IMG/VR virus record: IMGVR_UViG_3300029305_003084
Direction: 5' to 3' (one strand)
Length of the DNA stretch: 64,000 bases
From: a virus
Taxonomy: Duplodnaviria; Caudoviricetes
The translations under genes and the position numbers were made by a program. The notes below the pieces were generated by a model. It was given only the letters and a program-made list of their open reading frames with translations. It had not been told where the DNA came from and made no database searches. Of this stretch, positions 22,876-32,642 are shown one piece after another. The first letter of the stretch is position 1, and each line of letters begins with the position of its first letter.

Positions 22876-25800
22876 TCATAATTTTTCTTTAAAGAATGGA
22901 TCAACAAAAGAGGTTCCAGTCTTACGGAATGTTAGAGGAGATAGTAACTGTCTTCCTAAGAATTGGAAAGATAGACCAATTAATACAGACGGGTGTTTCT
23001 CTAATGCACCACTTACTGTTAACATCTGTGTATCCTGTAATGCACTATATTTAGTAAAATCAGGTCGTTCTAATACATCAGAAATAGAACGAATTAAAGG
23101 TGTTAGTAGTACTTCTGCATGAACACTCATAATATCAATACTAGACTCAATCATTAGATCCATCATAGATTGTACTAAATCATTGACAGTTTCAATACCT
23201 AATTTCCTACGCCCTTCTCTAGTGTCAAGTAAGCCCATGATGTCATATAATGGTCTAGTTAATTCTCTATTTTCAATCTCAATTAAGAATAGTCTACTTT
23301 CATCTTCAATATCATTGAAATTAATTTCATAAATTTCAGGATCACCTTTAGGATGTTTCATTAGTTTCTTTAATTCAGGTGTAATGTAAAATTCTTTCAT
23401 AGATTTTTCATTCATTTCCATGATCTCACCAGTATTATTATCTATAACATGGAACATTGTGACGAAAGAATTTAATTCACCTTCATTTAATTCACTCATA
23501 GTAATGATATTATCTTTAAAGATTAACAGAGCGTAATTATCATCATCACTATCTAACATATTTAAAGTAATTTCATTTGCATTAAGAGAAAAGAATTTAC
23601 TGAATTTTTCACTAAATTCAATTTTCTCAGATGTTGTTGTCAGTAGATGTTTTGTTGAGAGGATTCTCTGTGATAAGGGTTCGGTGATCACAGCTCCAGC
23701 AAAAGACCCAATACCAAGACCATAATTGGTATGGTAATTAATTGGACCATAACAACATTCACAAATACCTTTCTTTGATGCACATGTAATAGGCGATTTA
23801 ACTAGAATCTTTTTACCAATAATATGAGTATCAGATTCAGTTAACACTTTATAATTTCTTTCATGTGGTAATTTATACATTCTACCAATCAATCTGTCCA
23901 TATGCTTTTTAGTTTTAATTTCAAGACAAATTGGATGAACTGATCTACAGTGTTTTTTATTTTCTCTTAATCTAATATCAGAGACTAAGAGCATACATCT
24001 TCGGGCAAAGGCTGTTTATATTCACATAAGGTCGTTACTCTTATGCCGTTCTCTTATGAACTGCTACATATTTCTATGTAGACTAGACTATATCTTCATT
24101 TTAGATTTTTCTAAAATGTTTCCCATTTCCACTCACTTGAGTGTACGTCTTTCGACTAGTCGTTGAACGTTCGTTTAAAAATATTTAAAATTTATAATAA
24201 TTTGAAATATCTGTTCGTCTTTCTCTATTTTTAATATTGCGAACATATCTACTACTACATCCAACAATATTTGCAATTTGACTAATTGTTAAATTGTTCT
24301 CCTCTAATAATTTACATATCATATGAATTGAGTCGTTGGAAACTTTATTCATTAATCTTGGAAACTCAAAATTTTTTGAAATATGTGTCCATGTATTACG
24401 ATTATTTATATGATATATAGTATCTTCGGAAATATTTAATATCTCAGATATTTCTTTTATAGATTTATTATTAGATAACATTTCACAACATTTTAATACT
24501 GTCTCGTCATTAATTTTAGCAAAATTACAATTTTCACCAATATTTGATCTATTATCACATAATCCACTATCAAAAGCATGTTTTATATTTTCACTATGAG
24601 TACACCATTCTAAATTATAAACACAATTATTAGTCTTATCGCCATTACAATGATTTACTTCTAAATCATCATATGATAATCCTTTATCTAAATATTTTTT
24701 AGGAATAGGAATAAATGTCATTGCAACCAATCGATGAATTTTACATTTTTTAGTATTATCACCAAGTTTTAAATTAACATACATATATCCTTTTTTATAT
24801 TTACTGATAGATAATGGTTTATTACTTAACATGCTATATATTTCACCGTTAGTAGAGATTATATAATCTGAATACTGTATTCCATTTACATAAAGAGGAC
24901 TTTTCATATAAATATCAATTAGTAACATATTAATATCACTTCCTTTCATTAATATAATATATAATTGAAATATATAAAATAACGATTAGTATTGTGAATT
25001 GTTAAATATATTTTTAAACGCTTCGCTGCGGATTGTCCAATCTTATAATCTTTTTACTATACCTAAGGCATTACCCTTCGCCCTTATCTATATCACTATG
25101 ATAAGTTAGTAATTATAAGCTCTAAGGAGTTTCCCGCAATTAGAGAAAATTCATTATGTCAATATGACATAATGGGCACACAATTTACCAGATTCCATTT
25201 ATCTTCACATAAGGTCGTTACTCTTATGCCGTTCTCTTATGAACTGCTATATGTCACCATATAGATGAGACTATATCTTCATCTCTAATGAGATGCTCCC
25301 CATTTCCACTCACTTGAGTGTACGTCTTTCGACTAGTCGTTGAACCTTCCTTATATAATATAAGGCTTGGCTGCTGATTGTCTCAATTGAGAGTTCCCAG
25401 CAATTAAAGGAGTTTGCTATATACATCACTGTACATAGGAGCTAAGTTTAAACCTCGACCCATTTTGCTTTTGTTCATAATAAGGGACTTCCTGCCTCCT
25501 AAACTGTCGATGAAATATCCACTAATTGTATTTAAACCACCAACAACTAAATTAGAATTAATAGGAATAGGAATTGTTTCACCAGAAATATTAGGTTTAA
25601 GACCAATATTTCCGGAAAATTCGAACAGTTGCTTATCCTTTATACCTGCACCAACGTTTAGCATAGGCTTAAGATCATTTTCTTCATTTTTCAAAATCTC
25701 AATTTCTTCACGCATTAATTTATGAAGATATTCTTCAATTTCATTAGGTTGCCAACTAGGATCAACCTTCGTATGAAGAATTTCATTGAATCTTTCATTA

Positions 25801-26294
25801 TTATTAGCTACATTAATGAAAGATTCAATACTCATACTCATACCTAAAATAGGATTAAAATCTGTTGAAATTCTAGACAGATTAAAAATAAGGTCATGAA
25901 TAATAATATTTAATTTCTTATTAGAAATCTTATTTCTAAAAGGAATAATAATTTTTTGGTCAATATATGCTTTAATATAACCCGCTGAAATTTTCTTTGG
26001 ATCAATAATAAATGATTCATCAAGATGTTTAACTGAATCCAGTACAATAAGCGGTTCCCAAAAGATAATATTCGTTAAGAAATGTCTTAATTGTAATGTA
26101 TGAATATATCCATCCTCTTTAAATCTAAAATGTACTGGACATTCTCTTAATTCTTTAACTTCAAATCCTTCTCTAAGTTGATTAAATATATGAATAATAA
26201 ATTCTTTATATTTTTTCTCACTTTCCATCTCATTTTCCATTACATAACATGTATTGGTATATGAATCGATAATTTCTTTTACTTCTGGTCTCAT
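22876..26294 (-). CDS. RNA polymerase beta' subunit, C-terminal part (spliced, 3 exons)
   Basis: Exons 26294-25458, 25195-25187, ~24012-22876 give bridge helix KMGESG(A)FARR (cf. KTANSGYLTRR), KSPITC..ICECCYG zinc site and trigger-loop EPLSQRILSTKH. Confidence 0.85.
24013..25186 (-). mobile_element. Group I intron with HNH ORF; apparent terminal A
   Basis: Core AATTGCGGGAAA / AATCCGCAGC / GTTCAACGACTA / AAGATATAGTC; P1 GGT|..GCC; ends GTGAATATAAACA. Confidence 0.85.
24185..24949 (-). CDS. Intron-encoded HNH homing endonuclease
   Basis: IHRLVA..VNHCNGDKTNNCVYNLEW; own promoter motif at ~24953-24970; real start may be the Met at 24928. Confidence 0.9.
   Translation of the reverse strand: MKGSDINMLLIDIYMKSPLYVNGIQYSDYIISTNGEIYSMLSNKPLSISKYKKGYMYVNLKLGDNTKKCKIHRLVAMTFIPIPKKYLDKGLSYDDLEVNHCNGDKTNNCVYNLEWCTHSENIKHAFDSGLCDNRSNIGENCNFAKINDETVLKCCEMLSNNKSIKEISEILNISEDTIYHINNRNTWTHISKNFEFPRLMNKVSNDSIHMICKLLEENNLTISQIANIVGCSSRYVRNIKNRERRTDISNYYKF
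25196..25457 (-). mobile_element. Group I intron (no ORF)
   Basis: Full P/Q/R/S core; follows ATGGGT; ends GTGAAGATAAATG. Confidence 0.88.
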
Positions 26295-26455
26295 TACTCA
26301 TTATCCTCCTATAAAATTATTAGCTTATACTTACATACAAATATAATATATAATTGAAATTGATGTTTAATTATATTATGTTACTAAGATGTTATTGAGA
26401 ATATAAAATGTTAAAATTGTTGGAATAAGGGGAAATCCTTATTCCAACAATTAAT

Positions 26456-27841
26456 TTATTTAATTGTATCAGTTAATGTAATACTAAATTTAATATTACC
26501 TTCACCAAATACATACACATTATATTCAAAACGATGTTTCTCGTTAACGCTAACAGGATAATTTCCTACATATGCTCTAGGAATATAAACAGATTCATCA
26601 GATTGTCTATCTTTTAAATCATCTAAACATACTAATCTGTATTTGTATGTCCAACCACCATCTTCTGAAAAAGCAATACAGATAATACCATTATTTAAAA
26701 TATTAGAATGTTTACTAGAATAATAAATATTAGGATATGTATTCATATGAGTTCTATTAAAGTCAATATTATATAACCCATAATAATCTGTATTTGTATT
26801 AAATGAAGCGTTATAACCATTTAAAACATTCACTGATACAATTTCTTTAATGTCAAGATTATTATTTTTATGAGGACAGACCATCCAAGACTGTTCATAA
26901 CCATTTACAGTCATAGATAATACACCATTTTCATCAGTAAAATGATTGATAATGGGAACACAAATACAGAAATTATTATCAATAATTTTAAAAGGATACA
27001 TAGTTGCAGTAGATTCTCTATGTACATCAGCATCTCTATTAGGAATCATTACTTCAACATTAGGAAGTTCATCGACATAATATGTGATACCATTCATAGT
27101 AAAGCTTTCAACATTATCAATATTTTTAACAATAGGAGTATATACCATATTTCCAATCATTTCAGTTAAATCTGTTGCATTATAATTATTAAAGAATTGA
27201 GTTTTAAAAATACCCATAATATGTTTCATATCTTCTCTAACATCTCGTTCATCAACAACATCCATACCAGGCCCATTAATTACTCTTTTATAAATAGAAC
27301 CAGAATCATCAAAAATAGTAAGAACGTTGATCATTTGCATACTATCAATTGTTACCATATATGTAAAATCCATAGTTTCAACTGGCACAACAGGATATGC
27401 TTTATCGTTCCACACAAATGCAATTGGCTTTGTTTCAGAATAGAAACGAACTAAATTCTTATTAATAATTTCAAAATTTCTAATTTCTAATATATTATGA
27501 ATAACCATATCATAATTTCGAATGTCCACAATATCTACAGTTAATAGTTCGGAACTATATTTATCAGAAACGTCCAATGTAATAGATTCAATAATATTTC
27601 TTAAAGAAATATAGTCAGGAGAACCATAAGCTGAACGAGGAAGTGATCTTTCAAAAGTATTAATACTTCTAACAACACCACTTACTTCCTTTAGATTATC
27701 ACCATCTTGATAAATTAGACCATCAATAAAATCACCAATATGAATATCAGCAGAACGCTTTTCATAAGTAGTGGATAATGTTAACCGAAACATAATCTTT
27801 GCTTTTGCTTTAATATCTAAAACCTGAGGTACACATTTCAT
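26456..27841 (-). CDS. Hypothetical protein
   Basis: 461-aa ORF with AAGGAG RBS and downstream hairpin. Confidence 0.65.
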   Translation of the reverse strand: MKCVPQVLDIKAKAKIMFRLTLSTTYEKRSADIHIGDFIDGLIYQDGDNLKEVSGVVRSINTFERSLPRSAYGSPDYISLRNIIESITLDVSDKYSSELLTVDIVDIRNYDMVIHNILEIRNFEIINKNLVRFYSETKPIAFVWNDKAYPVVPVETMDFTYMVTIDSMQMINVLTIFDDSGSIYKRVINGPGMDVVDERDVREDMKHIMGIFKTQFFNNYNATDLTEMIGNMVYTPIVKNIDNVESFTMNGITYYVDELPNVEVMIPNRDADVHRESTATMYPFKIIDNNFCICVPIINHFTDENGVLSMTVNGYEQSWMVCPHKNNNLDIKEIVSVNVLNGYNASFNTNTDYYGLYNIDFNRTHMNTYPNIYYSSKHSNILNNGIICIAFSEDGGWTYKYRLVCLDDLKDRQSDESVYIPRAYVGNYPVSVNEKHRFEYNVYVFGEGNIKFSITLTDTIK

Positions 27842-27957
27842 AATATATACTCTCCTTTCATAGTTATATTCGTTATTTTATTGTGCTTAATTATTTTGAT
27901 ATAAATTCACCCTTTAAACACATATGTAATAGAATAATGTGAGGAGGAATTTTAAAA

Positions 27958-29078
27958 TGAGCAACAATGAAGGTTATTATGTAATTGATATTGTTACTGA
28001 AGACTCACGTCAATCTATTTTAGATGAAATGAAAGCTCTTAGTAACTTTTCAGTAAAGAAACAAAAGATTGATGATATTGAATCAGGATCATTAGTTATT
28101 AGTGAAATTGCAACTACTAAAAAAGAAAAACCGAAAAAGAATAAAAAGAAAAAGAAATCATTATTAATTGGTGCATTTGATGATGAAGACGAAATCAACG
28201 AAGAAGGAAAAACTCGTCAAGAAATTGATGAAGAATCATTATTAGATGTTGATTTAATTATGAGAGAACTTGAAGAAGAAGAATTAGATGAATCTATTAT
28301 TGGTGAACAAAAGAAAAATTATAAAAAGAATAAAAAAGATAATAATGATTTTAAAAAGGAATTTGCTGATGAATTAGCATTATTATATAATTTATTAGAT
28401 GAAACTTCTAAATTTGGTAAAGGATTAGAAAAAGATTTAAGTCAATTAAAAGGTAGTAAGGTTAGAGGTGTTTCTAAATACACCAATGATTTAACAGAAC
28501 TAATTCTTACATCTAAACAAAATAAACTAAATATTCTAAAAGAAATCACTTCTGTAAAGAAAACAATTGCTGATCTGAAAATGAAAGCAGAAGCAAAAGA
28601 TAAGCAGAAAGATAATGGTACAAATAGTCCTGAGTATCTAGCATCTGCATATCTACGTAATATTTTAAATCATGGTAGAACTGACTTCATTTCTACAATT
28701 TCTAATAATGGTATTGATCCAGATAATCCTTCATTATTATCTTCTAATGACTATATTGATGAGGAAGATGATGATAAGTACACTAAGTTTATGATGGATA
28801 GACTTGATAGTGATGAGAATCCTTATCGAAGTTCTGAAGGATCTAAATATATTGAATATGAAAATGATGATGTTAAATTACATGTAAAAAAATGTATTGA
28901 CACTGGTGAGTGGGAATTTGTTGCACTAACTAAAACTGGTAAACAACTATATGATTATCCTTTACCTAGTAAACGAGATGCTGGTAGAATGAAATTTAGT
29001 GATGATGGCAATTATGCAACTGATGCAAAAGGACGTATGTATAATGTAATTGAATATTTCCTTCCTGATGATGATTAA
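27958..29078 (+). CDS. Hypothetical protein (coiled-coil, acidic)
   Basis: ATG after GAGGAGG; AACA-N6-TA at 27917. Confidence 0.65.
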
Positions 29079-29082
29079 ATAT

Positions 29083-29120
29083 AAAAAAGACAGATAGAAA
29101 ATTTTCTATCTGTCTTTTTT
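29083..29120. terminator. Bidirectional intrinsic terminator closing array 2
   Basis: AAAAAAGACAGATAGAAA..TTTCTATCTGTCTTTTTT. Confidence 0.8.
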
Positions 29121-29133
29121 TATTTTTCCCGGA

Positions 29134-29376
29134 TGATACTATGAGCGTCCTTGATTCATTTTGATACTGTGATACTCTATGTAAAGTTGATTCATTAGGA
29201 ATCCCTGATACAATTTTTTAGATTGATTCATTGTTGCCACATGATACTATCTGAAGAACTGATTCATTCCTTATCCTAGATACTATAACATGGGTTGATT
29301 CATTTTGACGTTCTGATACTATAATACGAGCTGATTCATTCCATATGTATGATACTATGTGAACACTTGATTATGT
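29134..29376 (-). repeat. Second dual-repeat 36-bp array (14 repeats, 13 unique 9-bp spacers), TIGR-like
   Basis: Strict 9/9/9/9 register: TGATACTAT gagcgtcct TGATTCATT ttgatactg TGATACTCT atgtaaagt TGATTCATT aggaatccc ... Confidence 0.9.
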
Positions 29377-29763
29377 AATATAGAACGGTCTTAAAACTTC
29401 ATCAAAGAATTTCTGAAAATCACCATAATAGCAACTCTCAAAATACATTTCTTCAACAAAGCTTTCATCCAGGCCATATTTCATACAACAAAGACTAATA
29501 TTAGCCTTAGTATCAAAGCAGTAATCATCCTTGCTAACATGGTCCTGATAATAGGTGTTCATGGCATCCTGATTACCATCATCAAGACAACGGACGAAAT
29601 GAGACTTATAGACAGTATCTACCTGATCAAGATTAGAAACCATCCAATAGCCAAGGAAAATTGTGCTTATTATAAACACTATTACACCCAATACCATAAA
29701 CTTACACATGGCATCAGAGCAATACATACAAGGATGCTGATTCTGAGACTTATTCTTTTTCAT
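29371..29763 (-). CDS. Hypothetical membrane-anchored protein immediately upstream of array 2
   Basis: 130 aa, one hydrophobic helix, CxxC; stop codon overlaps first repeat. Confidence 0.65.
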   Translation of the reverse strand: MKKNKSQNQHPCMYCSDAMCKFMVLGVIVFIISTIFLGYWMVSNLDQVDTVYKSHFVRCLDDGNQDAMNTYYQDHVSKDDYCFDTKANISLCCMKYGLDESFVEEMYFESCYYGDFQKFFDEVLRPFYIT

Positions 29764-29770
29764 GATGTTA

Positions 29771-29901
29771 CCTTTCTGGTTTGTGAAGTTTTCCTTCTTC
29801 TTATTAAATAATAATGATTGAGAAGGATCATAGAAAATATTCTAATTATTTCCTTCTTTATTATGATTATAATATATATTTGAAAGTGTTGACTTTACGA
29901 T
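29771..29901 (-). promoter_or_regulatory. Repeated promoter/5' leader cassette, copy 1
   Basis: Near-identical to 54006-54137 in opposite orientation; includes promoter motif 29868-29885, hairpin and RBS. Confidence 0.8.
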
Positions 29902-29947
29902 TAAAAAAATACAGAGGATATTAATCCTCTGTATTTTTAATTATTGA

Positions 29948-30376
29948 TTATTCTTCAACAATAGTTCCAATACATTCTGCGGTTTCCCACTTTTCTCTTT
30001 TAGGAGTATTATAATTATCGAGAATGCCTTTCATTCTCTTATATTCACCCTTTACTCTCTTTCTCTTTTCCTGCTTAGGAGTAACATATCTGGATCTTTC
30101 TGCATCCAGAATAATTCTACCAAATAAACTTCCAGAACCAGTATATTTCACCTGAAACATACCAACAGGAGACTTACCATACTCCCGAAGAATAAAGTCG
30201 GGAATAGCCTGATCCATACTCAGGAAGTCGTTGTGTACGGTATGTAATGCTTTCAATTCAGCATCACGATTATGTCGATAGAAAATATCAACTTGATCAA
30301 CATTTACTCCTTCGGACATCATCCAACAAAGCATGGTGTCAACTGCCTTCAGATTCATCTTTTTTGCTTCAGCCAT
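29948..30376 (-). CDS. Hypothetical protein
   Basis: 142 aa, AAGGAG RBS. Confidence 0.6.
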   Translation of the reverse strand: MAEAKKMNLKAVDTMLCWMMSEGVNVDQVDIFYRHNRDAELKALHTVHNDFLSMDQAIPDFILREYGKSPVGMFQVKYTGSGSLFGRIILDAERSRYVTPKQEKRKRVKGEYKRMKGILDNYNTPKREKWETAECIGTIVEE

Positions 30377-30397
30377 GATAGTTTTCTCCTTTAAAAA

Positions 30398-31006
30398 TTA
30401 ATTATTATGTAATTTAATTTTTGCTAAAGAAATTGCGATGTTATATTCTTTAGCAAAAATATTACTGCCATGATTATTGTTCACAGCGGTTTCAAACTCA
30501 TCAATAGTTCCATTGAAATATCCACAAACAACACCAATATTATCATTGATATTATAAAATGTAGTATAATCATTTCTAGAACCAATAGGTCCAATTACTA
30601 AAATATCAGATATTTTAGTAATATTAGCATTTTCAGATACCCGAGCATTTCCAGATACCCAAACATATCCAGATACCTGAGCATCCCCATATACCTGAGC
30701 ATTTCCAGATACCCAAACATTTCCAGATACCCAAGCATCTCCATATACCTGAGCATTTCCAGATACCCAAGCATTTCCAGATACCCGAGCATTTCCATAT
30801 ACCTGAGCATCCCCATATACCTGAGCATTTCCAGATACCCAACAATCTCCATCATGAGAAAGATTTTCTTCTTTCTCAATATATCCACCAAAATCACCCT
30901 TCGTAACATTCCATCTGGGAATATCATGAAGAGCACGAATTTGATACAGAGTTTTATCGGAAATAGTGATGGTATTGTTAGTCAATTCATATTTTTTGTT
31001 TATCAT
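30398..31006 (-). CDS. Hexapeptide-repeat (left-handed beta-helix) protein
   Basis: Tandem GNA(Q/R/W)V(Y/S) repeats encoded by 18-bp DNA repeats ~30630-30845. Confidence 0.8.
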   Translation of the reverse strand: MINKKYELTNNTITISDKTLYQIRALHDIPRWNVTKGDFGGYIEKEENLSHDGDCWVSGNAQVYGDAQVYGNARVSGNAWVSGNAQVYGDAWVSGNVWVSGNAQVYGDAQVSGYVWVSGNARVSENANITKISDILVIGPIGSRNDYTTFYNINDNIGVVCGYFNGTIDEFETAVNNNHGSNIFAKEYNIAISLAKIKLHNN

Positions 31007-31131
31007 GGTACTAATATATCCTTTCTTTATGTATTTATATTATAATATATATTTATAATCTTTAATTTTACGAAAAAATATAAAGATAGAGAATAGTAAA
31101 TACTATTCTCTATCTTTATTATATATAAAAA

Positions 31132-32265
31132 TCACTGATATAAACTCATGCGATTAGAATAACAGAAATAAGTTGTTCCTAAGTGAGGAATTTGTACAGC
31201 TTTCCAAATACCACTACCCTGTCTAAAGTTTGCTTGGAAAACTACACTTTCAGGCATACAACGATAACCTTCTAATAATTTTTTAGCATTATTATAGGTT
31301 CTCTGATCAACTGTATATTTATTAAATAAATGTGGTGCGTACTGACCCTTCTGATAGGCAACACCCCTAACGGTATTAGGAAATTCAGGAGATGCAACTC
31401 TGTTTAATACAACATTACCAAACATAAGTTGCTGTTCATCTGTAATCCAATATGAGCCAGCTTCACAATACATAATTCGTGCCAAAATTTCTAAATCCTC
31501 AGCAGTATAGGAGGAATATTTAGGTACTTCAGGTTCTTTAGGAGGATTATAATTCATGATCGTATAATCTGCAACATATTCTTTCATAGGGTTTTTAAAC
31601 ACTCTATCTAGAATAACACATAACTGTGCTCGAGTTACAAAGTCATCTCCTCTAAATGTTCTATCAGAGAATCCACCAATATATCCTTCTTTAACAGCAT
31701 ATGCGATATATGGTTTCTGTTTATCACTAATTTTATCAGAGTCGGTGAAGAATAAATCAAATACCTCTGTATCGATACCAGTAGTATCAACACCTCTCAT
31801 CTTTAATACAGTAGTGATAAGATCTGATCTTTTAACATTTTTATTTGGCATAAATAGCATATCACCAGTTTCAGTATTTCTCCACTTACCTAAATATGGA
31901 CGTACTGCTTCAACATAAGGAGACATCACACTAGATTCATTGACATCATCAAATGCACTTACTCCTAAATCAACAACTGATAATTCTGCTATATTTGCAA
32001 GAATCTTTGCAAGTTCTACTCTAGTTACAATCTCGTCAGGTTTAAATTCTCCATCCTTATAACCATGAACAATATCACGGTTTGTTAAATCTGAGATTGT
32101 TTCATATGCCCAATGGCTTTCATCAACGTCACTGTATTGAATTTTAGTTTCAGTGACAATCTCATCTTGCACCTCTACGGCATAAGACTTTTCTGTCATA
32201 ACTACTGGAATTGCAGCAATTATAACTGCGAGTGCAATCGCTAACTTAACAAATCTGACATTCAT
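31132..32265 (-). CDS. Secreted SLH-domain cell wall hydrolase, SleB/Hydrolase_2-like
   Basis: N-terminal signal helix; SLH motifs (GYKDGEFKPDEIVTRVE, GFSDRTFRGDDFVTRAQ); LARIMYCEAG..VVLNRV..FPNTV..YQKGQY. Confidence 0.85.
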   Translation of the reverse strand: MNVRFVKLAIALAVIIAAIPVVMTEKSYAVEVQDEIVTETKIQYSDVDESHWAYETISDLTNRDIVHGYKDGEFKPDEIVTRVELAKILANIAELSVVDLGVSAFDDVNESSVMSPYVEAVRPYLGKWRNTETGDMLFMPNKNVKRSDLITTVLKMRGVDTTGIDTEVFDLFFTDSDKISDKQKPYIAYAVKEGYIGGFSDRTFRGDDFVTRAQLCVILDRVFKNPMKEYVADYTIMNYNPPKEPEVPKYSSYTAEDLEILARIMYCEAGSYWITDEQQLMFGNVVLNRVASPEFPNTVRGVAYQKGQYAPHLFNKYTVDQRTYNNAKKLLEGYRCMPESVVFQANFRQGSGIWKAVQIPHLGTTYFCYSNRMSLYQ

Positions 32266-32429
32266 AATAAATCAAAAATCCTTTCTTTTTAAAATTTTAT
32301 TTACATCGTCGTTTAACAACCATAAGCATTCACTTCCTTTTAATAATAGAAATTTACATTAATGTTTAGTACGGATTAACTTTTCAAAAAATATATTCAT
32401 ATAGGGAATCAAATGATTCCCTATATGAA

Positions 32430-32642
32430 TTAAAATAATAAATTTTGTATAAAATCAATTACTACTCTAGCACCTTGGAAAGCTAATACAACCATAACAC
32501 TACTCGCAATAACTAAATACATAAATAAGTCATCATCCATTTGAGTATCCTGTTGGTTTCTAAATAAATTAGCAATCTTATAACCAAGTGTAAATACAAT
32601 AATTGTTATAATGATAGATCGTATCAAATACTCACCTCCCAT
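32430..32642 (-). CDS. Small two-helix membrane protein
   Basis: Two hydrophobic segments. Confidence 0.5.
   Translation of the reverse strand: MGGEYLIRSIIITIIVFTLGYKIANLFRNQQDTQMDDDLFMYLVIASSVMVVLAFQGARVVIDFIQNLLF

Noticed and set aside
29134-29376. Arrays as coding 12-aa repeat protein (NES-xxx-IVS-xxx) or read-through of the 130-aa ORF
   Set aside because: The in-frame reading hits TAA inside a spacer (ATC TAA AAA), other frames have stops, and array 1 has many non-triplet indels.
30598-30936. Alternative-frame ORFs (MLGYLEM.., GIWKCS..) here and at 61867-62299
   Set aside because: Artefacts of the 18-bp coding repeats.
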